Assembly (NCBI GenBank): GCA_963783385.1 | Contig: CAWANJ010000002.1 | Coordinates: 348,739-412,738, forward strand | DNA: 64,000 nt | Direction of reading: 5' to 3' | Source: an uncultured Gemmatimonadales bacterium | GTDB lineage: Bacteria; Gemmatimonadota; Gemmatimonadetes; Palauibacterales; Palauibacteraceae | In this document: positions 21,516-29,219 of the stretch, piece by piece | How positions within the stretch are numbered: the first letter of the stretch is position 1 | How the letters are laid out: each line of letters starts with the position of its first letter | Notes under the pieces: model-generated | What the model was told of the DNA's origin: nothing | Databases searched by the model: none | The model's input: only the letters and a program-made list of their open reading frames with translations | Made by a program: the position numbers and the translations under genes

Positions 21516-22405
21516 TGGTTTAGAGAACAGAATGCCGCCGTAAAGCCAAGGTGGCCAGCTAGCATACCAAGATCGATTGCTAGTCCGACATCACTGGCCT
21601 TCATCAAAGTGGCGCGCACAATCCGAGTCGAGTTCATGAAATGACCGGCCTCCCATGCCGCTGAGAGCGGCATGTCAAGGCCGGGCATACGCAGCGCTCT
21701 TGGAAGGGCAACCACTCCAAGTAGGCTTCCACTGATATAGCTACCTACCGTCGCATCGAAGGAAAGAGCCGCCGCTTCGCCTATGTCGTTTATGCCCTCC
21801 TCGAAGAGCTGTCTTCCCCTGCGGTAGCAGTCGCCGAAGGATGGATCCGACCTTGACAAACCGCGATCTCCGACGCCGGTGGCGGCGGGCAGCTGTGCCC
21901 CAGCGAGACTGCTGCTGTGCAGCGCGCTCCCGGAAGGCCGCGACGTCCCGTTCGCGAGGGCCGCGGTGAGCACGGTCAATAAGTTGCCGAAGGACCAGCC
22001 GCCGCCGCTCCCCTCCACTGCGACAAAGAGACCCGATGACCAGCATGGGTCGTCCCACGTGCCGCACTCGAGATCGGTGCCCATTGGATCGACGAAGTTG
22101 ACCGGGCTGTTCCCCACGTAGGCGTAGGGGTTGATGCCGGCCGCGAGCCCGAGCGGATCCTCGCTGAGGAAGCGTCCGAGCTCGGGGTCGTAGGAGCGGG
22201 CGCCCATGGCGTAGAGGCCCTCGTGCCAGTCGAGCATCTGGCCGGCCCAGCGCAGCCCGTTGGACACGGTGGTCGAGCCGTGCTGGGCGCTCCCCCAGGG
22301 GTCGTAGCGGTAGTCGTTGACCACGCCCGAGGCGCCGAACAGCCCGAGGACGGAGCCGAGGTCGTCGGTGGCCAGGTAGTAGGTCTCCTCGTCGCTGCGG
22401 AGGCT
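21512..22405 (-). pseudogene. orphan Rhs cassette H: short core plus hydrophobic toxin tip
   Basis: Core from SLRSDEETYY to PVNFVDPMG, then a unique tip. Confidence 0.85.
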
Positions 22406-22431
22406 CGTGAACTTCTCTTCCGTACATAAGG

Positions 22432-22635
22432 TCACGACTTGAAGCGCCGCCGAGCCGACTTCTCTCGCTCGGTTCGAGACCAGGAACTCGAACCACCAAC
22501 GATACCGAAGAGGACGGATAGAGACACGAGGCCTACGGTATCTCCCGTACTCCACTGCCTTGAGCCCAGATGCGCCAAGAACATCGTTCCAAACACAGGC
22601 ACGGCGACAAGAATCTCGGTGCATGCTGCGCCCAC
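22432..22635 (-). CDS. possible small 2-TM protein or extra immunity remnant
   Basis: 67-aa ORF with two hydrophobic stretches, located between immunity G and cassette H. Confidence 0.3.
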   Translation of the reverse strand: MGAACTEILVAVPVFGTMFLAHLGSRQWSTGDTVGLVSLSVLFGIVGGSSSWSRTEREKSARRRFKS

Positions 22636-22643
22636 TGGCGCTG

Positions 22644-23168
22644 CTACGTCCGGGGCGTGTCCGCGCCCCGAAGGGAAGCCGCGCGTCCGCGGTCATCCAG
22701 GGTATGGATGGGTGCTTCGGGTGCCGAGTGCAACGACCGTCGGTGCTCGATTGTGAGGCGCACAGCAATGAGCCCGAGCGTCACAATTATCAGCGCCCCA
22801 AGGCTGAGATCGTACGTGGCCATGACAAATGAGTATGCGGGCACAACGGTATACAGGAGAAGAATGTGGAGCGGGATTCCCCCGGTCCCGCCTTTCAGGC
22901 TCAATGTAGCGAGCATGGCGACCGGTCCGGCGAGATAGATCCCGACCAGCATCCAGACGCTCTGTCGGAATTTGTGATTCCAGAACCAGTCTCCAGCAAG
23001 GTAAGCTAAGCCGGAGGAAGCGGGGAGGAGCAAGGTGACCAGCCACAAAGGCTCAGTCGTTCGGAAGATGACCGAAATGAGCAAGTCGGGCAGCCAAAAC
23101 CCGGCTGCGCCGAGCGCCACGGCAGCCAGAACCCGATAGTACCGCCTCATTTTGTGACTCTTAGGCAT
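22644..23168 (-). CDS. putative polytopic membrane immunity protein for cassette G
   Basis: ATG 4 nt after the tip stop; about 5 hydrophobic segments. Confidence 0.7.
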   Translation of the reverse strand: MPKSHKMRRYYRVLAAVALGAAGFWLPDLLISVIFRTTEPLWLVTLLLPASSGLAYLAGDWFWNHKFRQSVWMLVGIYLAGPVAMLATLSLKGGTGGIPLHILLLYTVVPAYSFVMATYDLSLGALIIVTLGLIAVRLTIEHRRSLHSAPEAPIHTLDDRGRAASLRGADTPRT

Positions 23169-23172
23169 GCAC

Positions 23173-24351
23173 TCATCCCTCCACCCAGCAGTAAACATGC
23201 TCTCCGATGCCGTACCGCGCGTCGAACCAACTGACCGACTGCGCCGCTCCACGGAGCACGGGGTTGGCAGAAGCTACATCAGTTAACACCGGAACGTACT
23301 TCCCATTCGAGTAGAACTGGAGGAGGCAACCCCGAATCGAATTCAACCTGGGCGTATCCTCTATGTGTTTGCAGATCCAGCCGAGATCCGCTCTGCCGGT
23401 GGAGTCATAGATTCTGCATGCGCCCGGCGGCTTTGAGGGCCACCAGTGCTCGGTGCGTCCCGTGTCAGCCCGAGCAGCCGCACTGGCTCCTCCGCCCGGA
23501 GTCCCGAACGCAGCGAAAGCGGAATTGGGGCCCGCACCGTCACTGTCGCCCCCGAGGCCGGTCGCTGACGAGCCGCCATAGCCACCGACGGCCCCCGCAC
23601 CGCCGCCACCGCCCTGGACGAGGACCTTGAGCTCCGTCGCCTCATCGCACCACGGATAGGGGGTCCAGGTGAAGTAGCAGTCGAGGCCAGAGGGATCCGT
23701 CCCGTTCGTCGGACTGTTCCCCACATAGGCATACGGATTGATCCCCGCCGAGAGCCCGAGCGGGTCCTCGCTGAGGAAGCGTCCGAGCTCGGGGTCGTAG
23801 GAGCGGGCGCCCATGGCGTAGAGGCCCTCGTGCCAGTCGAGCATCGAGCCGGCCCAGCGCAGCCAGTTGGACACGGTGGTCGAGCCGTGCTGGGCGTTCC
23901 CCCAGGGGTCGTAGCGGTAGTCGTTGGCCACGCCCGAGGCGCCGAACAGCCCGAGGACGGAGCCGAGGTCGTCGGTGGCCAGGTAGTAGGTCTCCGCGTC
24001 GGCGCGCAGGCTGTGGGGCAGGGCGCCGCCGGGGAAGTAGGCGTAGGTGGCCTTGAGCGCGGTGGCCCCGGCGTAGACGGCGAACAGGGAGCTTCCGTCC
24101 CACAGGAAGTGGAGGACGTAGCCGGTCTTGCCGCGCTCGACGCGGCGGCCGAAGCCGTCGTACTCGTAGCGCCACACGGTGTCGCCGTCGGCGATACTGT
24201 CGAGCCGGCCCGTGGGGCTCCAGTAGAAGCTCTCGTCGACCCCGCTTCCGGACTTGGAGGTGAGCCGGCCGGCGGCGTCCCAGGTGAGGCTGTAGCCGGC
24301 GAAGGAGCTCGGCCGGTCGGCCGTGTCGATCACGGCGCCGTGGTCGGTGCG
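23173..24351 (-). pseudogene. orphan Rhs cassette G: core fragment plus Cys-rich toxin tip
   Basis: Core from RTDHGAVIDT to PTNGTDPSG; tip has IRGCLL...EHVYCW. Confidence 0.85.
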
Positions 24352-24354
24352 GCG

Positions 24355-24619
24355 CGAGTTCGTCGAGGGGGAGACTCCGATCGCGGTCCTAAACGCGGGC
24401 GGGGAGGCGGCCCGCAAGCGGGAGGAGCGCCTGGCCTGCCTCCGCGCCGCGACGGCGCCGAGGTGAAGCCTACTGGGCCGCCTCGGCGAGCTGGCCTGAG
24501 CCGACGGGACCCTCGTGCCCCCCATGCTGGACACCGTGCGCGCCTTCGCCACCCTGGGTGAGATTCGCGCCACGCTGCAGGCGGTGTACGCCAGCTTCCC
24601 GGAGCCGCTGACCTTCTGA
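24355..24619 (+). pseudogene. degenerate direct repeat of the mutase 3' end (14779-15052)
   Basis: Colinear match, e.g. CCCCCCATGCTGGAC, GCCACCCTGGG, GCCACGCTG.AGGCGGTGTACG and the final TTCTGA, with indels. Confidence 0.9.
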
Positions 24620-24714
24620 ACTCTCCGGCTTGAGGCTCTGTCTCTGGTCCATTGCGTGACAGGTACCTGGGTAACGGAAGCGGCGCTTCAGGCGGCATTG
24701 GAAGACAACGCCGC

Positions 24715-25218
24715 TCACTCCTGCCCGGAGCGCTCAGACGAGTTGCCGTTTGCTTCTCGGTCCTCCCGTACGAGCCCGCGGTGACGCTTCCACCCGTACC
24801 TGAACGCCAGGCCATAGAAGGCACCGACCATTGCCCAGGCACCGAGAATGACCGCTGCGTGTGGGCGCAACCACCAGGAACCAAACCAGCTTATAGAAGT
24901 TAGCGCGAATACGAGGACAGTAGCCACGGAGCCGACTAGAGCCGACCCAAGCCACGACGCAGTCGCGATGGGCCGTAACAGTCCCACGCACATGCCGGCA
25001 GTCACGCCACCGAGCAGGTAGAACCCGAGCACCCATCCCCAAGAGATGCGTCGTAGGCCTCCGAGTTGCTGCACCTCGGTCGTCAGTTCCGCCAACGGAT
25101 CAGCTCCGATGGCCTTGCCCACGGCTACGACCAGACTCGCGATCGTTCCTAGGACAACCGCCCATACTATGCCCCACTTCAGGCCCCAGCGGAGGTCCTC
25201 TGTCCAGGACCTAGCCAT
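24715..25218 (-). CDS. putative 4-TM immunity protein for cassette E
   Basis: Four hydrophobic helices; directly downstream of the tip. Confidence 0.7.
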   Translation of the reverse strand: MARSWTEDLRWGLKWGIVWAVVLGTIASLVVAVGKAIGADPLAELTTEVQQLGGLRRISWGWVLGFYLLGGVTAGMCVGLLRPIATASWLGSALVGSVATVLVFALTSISWFGSWWLRPHAAVILGAWAMVGAFYGLAFRYGWKRHRGLVREDREANGNSSERSGQE

Positions 25219-25275
25219 TATCCTCGACCGTCCCGTCCCAAAGTGCACGAGAAGGATGAGCTTCGGCTTTCGCCA

Positions 25276-25857
25276 CTAGCCGCCCGTGCACGCTTGAAAT
25301 GCGTCCCAGATCCTTGCGACGGTTCCAACGACCGGTAGAAGGCGAAGGAGCGTGCCTCCCGTTCCGTGGCCGCTCGTCACCGTAAGCCCAGTCTTCGCTG
25401 ACGCCACTTCGGCGATTGCGGGGTCAGCCGTCACTAACCTGACACCAGTACTGACTGCTGAGGAAATGGTAGTCTGCAGGCCAGCCGCTTTGATCAAGGC
25501 AGCCGGAGGAGCTACCGCATCGGCCACGGACCAGCCCCGCGCCAGATTGGTGGTCACATCGCCGACGAATGCCGTACCTACTTCACCTCCCAAGGCGGCA
25601 CCACGGAGTGCAATGCCCGTTCCTGCACTCGCGATCACCAGCCCATCCAAAGCAGCCGACAACAGAGCGTCTCCAATGGCATGACCGCAATTGGTGCTAG
25701 CCGCGCGGAACGCACCGGCTGTAGATAGCGCAGCGTCCCCACCGACGCCTCCGGCAGCAGCGGCACCCTGCAGAGCCCCGAGGAACCAATCGGACCCCCG
25801 CGTGCCGACGGAGCCCATGAAGTTGCGACCGCCATACGACGAGCCCGACGCGACGTC
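25276..25857 (-). pseudogene. core-less toxin tip E (Gly/Ala-rich hydrophobic), truncated by the IS21 fragment
   Basis: Open frame up to the IS end; same Cys...Cys-C-terminus layout as the other tips; followed by a TM gene. Confidence 0.7.
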
Positions 25858-26254
25858 TGTCAATGGACGCCAAGTCTCACGATGTTAGCGGACGCCTACT
25901 TTTACGACCCTGCTCCTGCTCCTGATGGTTCACCTCCGGGTTCGGGTGTGCCGGGACGGGCCCTCATTTCATGAGCCGCTCGAGGTCCCGGAGCCGGTAG
26001 CTCCTGCCCTTGATGTTGAGGACGTGGCAGTGGTGGAGCAGCCGGTCGAGGAGGGCGGTGGCCATGACCTCGTCGCCGGCCAGGACCTCGGGCCAGTCCT
26101 TGACGGCCTTGTTGGTGGTGATGAGGATCGAGCCTTTCTGGTAGCGGTAGCTCACGAGGCGAAAGAGGAGACTGGCCTCGAGCCGGGTGAGCGGCTGGAA
26201 GCCGACCTCGTCGATGATCAGCAGGGCCACGTTCATGTACTTCTTGGCGCGCAG
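25858..26254 (-). mobile_element. IS21-family fragment (istB 3' part plus right end), diverged iso-copy
   Basis: Starts TGTCAATGGACGCCAAGTCTCACGATGTTAGCGGACGC, as at 18835; istB C-terminus at 25964-26254 with scattered substitutions. Confidence 0.92.
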
Positions 26255-26860
26255 GCTGGCCTGGCAAGATCGCGAGGCGGTCAATCACCGCGCCATCTCA
26301 CTGTGAGACCCAGCGGCCGGCTCCATCGCAAGAAGGCGTCGACACAGAGACGCGTTAGAGCCAAGGGGCCCGATGCGACAGCCCACGAACAGCGCTCTTC
26401 TGCCTTCATGTGCACGAAGGAACCACCGATCATCTTGAAGAAGTCCAAGTCTAGTGCATTGACAGCGGAGTCCACTTGTGCCGGCCGACACACGCATCCC
26501 GCCCGGCCATAAAGACCGTCTTTGCCGAGAGCGCAATCCGGGCCCAAACCAACGGAGTCGCCTCCTTTCGGTCCTATCGCACATTCGGGTCAAAGACCCG
26601 ACGGACTCCCTACTTTCGCAGACTGACCACTCGCAACGTCGCAACTCCCCAGACAACAGGCTATCATAGGGAATCAACTCCGCGACATACCCCCAGGGCT
26701 TCGCGATTGGCACGCCTCGTCCCCCAGCTGAATCCCCTTGGCTGCACGCACGGCGCTGACGAGCCTGCTGACCGCACGCAACGCCCTTCTATCGTGTGAC
26801 ATACATGGGTGCGCCCCCAGACGGCTCCCTGCCGTTGTCCATAGGGAATGCTCGCTCGGC

Positions 26861-27358
26861 CTATCCAATTCCCACAAAGACGCCGACAATCATGACACCC
26901 ATTGCGAGGCCGATTAGCAGTCGAGAGACGACCTGGAACTTCCTGCCCTCGGGGGCGAAAGCCGATAGCGGTGCGAAGAGAGTCCGTGTCCGAAACCTGT
27001 GCCTCGTTTCAGCGTCAGGAATATAGCGAAGACCGAAATGTGCAAGAACACTTCCAGCCAAGCCAAGTATGCCTGCCACTCCGATAATAGGCCACAGCCG
27101 TGGTGGGAGGCTGCTCGTCGCTCCCGCGAGGAAGTGCGCATACAATATGAGTAGAGCCACGCCTAGGAACGCAAATGCAAGAGTCTTATAGAGCAGGCCA
27201 GTTGGCTGATACTGCGACAACGGTGCCCAAAAGCCCTTCCTTCGAAGCGATTCTCGCCCGTCGCCGTCCCTCGCATGGTAACTCGCCAGCCAATTGGCCA
27301 CGTTGGCGGCGATCACAGCGGCGATTATGCCTATAGTGGGCCAGTCCAAGCTCTCCAT
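26861..27358 (-). CDS. putative 4-TM immunity protein for cassette B, internally duplicated
   Basis: TM-loop-TM unit occurs twice (WAPLSQYQPTG / FAPLSAFAPEG). Confidence 0.72.
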   Translation of the reverse strand: MESLDWPTIGIIAAVIAANVANWLASYHARDGDGRESLRRKGFWAPLSQYQPTGLLYKTLAFAFLGVALLILYAHFLAGATSSLPPRLWPIIGVAGILGLAGSVLAHFGLRYIPDAETRHRFRTRTLFAPLSAFAPEGRKFQVVSRLLIGLAMGVMIVGVFVGIG

Positions 27359-27380
27359 CCGTCTCTCCCGTGCTTCGCAG

Positions 27381-28343
27381 CTAGAAGGCGAAACACCCGG
27401 TGTGTCCGCCGAACGACGTCATGTTCACGAAGAGACCCGCTCCACCTCCTGCGTTGAAACCAGTGCCGGAGAACTTGTGGTTGAGGAAGACGGCATTGGC
27501 CCCAAAGTCGCCGTAGCTTCCTTCCAGTTCGATGCTGCCGCCGCCACCGGCCTTGAAGCTCAATGCCACCAAGTCGTCAACGCCACCTGTCTGCACCGAC
27601 ACTTCGGCTCCACCCTCCGCTCCATAGCCGAAGGATGGGCCACCATGCCAATACAGAGCATATGTATGAGAATGTGTGTTGTCCGAGCCAATAGCCAGCC
27701 CGCCTTCTAGGTTTCCACCAAAGCCCTGAGCGTAGATAGTGCCCGCGCCGACACTGTATGTGCCATTGAGAGAGATGGACTCCGTTACGCCTGTGGCGCA
27801 GGTGGTCCGATGCGGAAGGTGTTTCTTGATGAAGGCTGCCGCCTTCACAGCGAAGCCACCGAAATCACCTTGGCTGAGCATGCCTGCCGTCACCGCCAGG
27901 GAATTCCACATGCTGCCAAGGGAGATGCTCTCTGCAAGGGCAAAGGCATAGGCGGCTCCGCCCCACCGAGACTCGACCGGGACGTGGAGTCCTTGCACTC
28001 GATGGACCGGGCAGTCCCATGCGCCCGCGGTGCAGGTGGGCTCGAGCCCACTCGGATCGGTCCCATTGACCGGACTGTCCCCCACGTAGGCGTACGGATT
28101 GATCCCCGCCGAGAGCCCGAGCGGGTCCTCGCTGATGAAGCGCCCCAGCCCGGGATCGTAGTACCGGGCCCGCACGTAGGAGAGGCCGGTATGCTTGTTC
28201 CACGCGAGGCCGGCGTAGCGCAGCGGGTTGGTCACCGAGCCCGTGGCCACCTGCGGCTCGCCCCACGGATCGTAGCGGTCCTGGTTCTGGACGCCCGAGC
28301 CGTCGAACAGGCCCTCGACCGAGCCGAGGTCGTCGGTGGCGTA
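27381..28343 (-). pseudogene. orphan Rhs cassette B: divergent core end plus Gly-rich beta-type toxin tip
   Basis: YATDDLGS...ARYYDPGLGRFISEDP...PVNGTDPSG; the core differs from the other copies. Confidence 0.85.
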
Positions 28344-28577
28344 GCTCAGCTGGACTTCCCTCGCGTCCCGACCGACGCTAGCGTTCAGATCGAGAACTCC
28401 AGTCGAATGCCGCAGAGGTGCGGTCGCCAACCCGAGACCCACGCCACCTCCGAAGACCTAAGCCACCGCGTCAGCGATGACCTCCAGACGGCGTGAGGGT
28501 GGCCTCGCGTCGCCGTGCGACAATCGGCCCGAACGTGGCGCAATCCAGCTCACTATGTCCGGAGCGGGTGGAAATCC

Positions 28578-29165
28578 CTACAGGGCCTCCCCGTGCGAAT
28601 CGGATTCCCACCTGACAGGAATGTGGCGAGCTATAGCTTCAAGAGCTTTCCTGTCCAGCTTGCTGGCAATGCTGTTGATGGACAAGAAGCCAGCTCTTTC
28701 AAGCAGCATACGCCCTCCCGCAGGCTCGAAGCGAAGCACGACCCACCGCAGAATCATGTAGCGCTCCTGAACGCATACACTTCGGTACCGCTCCCAGGGA
28801 AGGAAGAGGCCACCTCCCACAATACCATACTGACCAATACGGTATGACAGCAGTTCCCACCTGCGGATGCCGTGAATCATGAACCAAGTCGAAGCCACGA
28901 GGGCGAGCAACAGGCCGTACTCTGATAGTGCATGCGTCCATCCGCCTCGACCATTGAGAGCCTGACGCAGCAGATTCACTCCTACCAAGGCTAAGAGGAT
29001 CAGCGACGCGGACTCGCACAGCACGAGCAGCGCATTCCATATCCCCCGGAGTCGAACGGTAACCTCCACCTCGCCAACTCGGCCTTCAGCACTGGAAAGC
29101 CTTGCGGCCAATACGAATGCTGCCGGAGAGATGGCCAATAGCCACATGATAATGTCCGAAAGCAT
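28578..29165 (-). CDS. putative membrane immunity protein for Rhs A
   Basis: Downstream of Rhs A; three TM segments followed by a soluble tail. Confidence 0.7.
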   Translation of the reverse strand: MLSDIIMWLLAISPAAFVLAARLSSAEGRVGEVEVTVRLRGIWNALLVLCESASLILLALVGVNLLRQALNGRGGWTHALSEYGLLLALVASTWFMIHGIRRWELLSYRIGQYGIVGGGLFLPWERYRSVCVQERYMILRWVVLRFEPAGGRMLLERAGFLSINSIASKLDRKALEAIARHIPVRWESDSHGEAL

Positions 29166-29219
29166 GATCTTACCAGGTTTGAGTTTCCGAACAGCCGAAG
29201 GCGGGCATGAATGTCGGCT

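Noticed and set aside
23173-24573. N-terminal extension of cassette G as a novel Rhs N-terminal domain
   Set aside because: The first ~74 codons are just the antisense reading of the mutase remnant.
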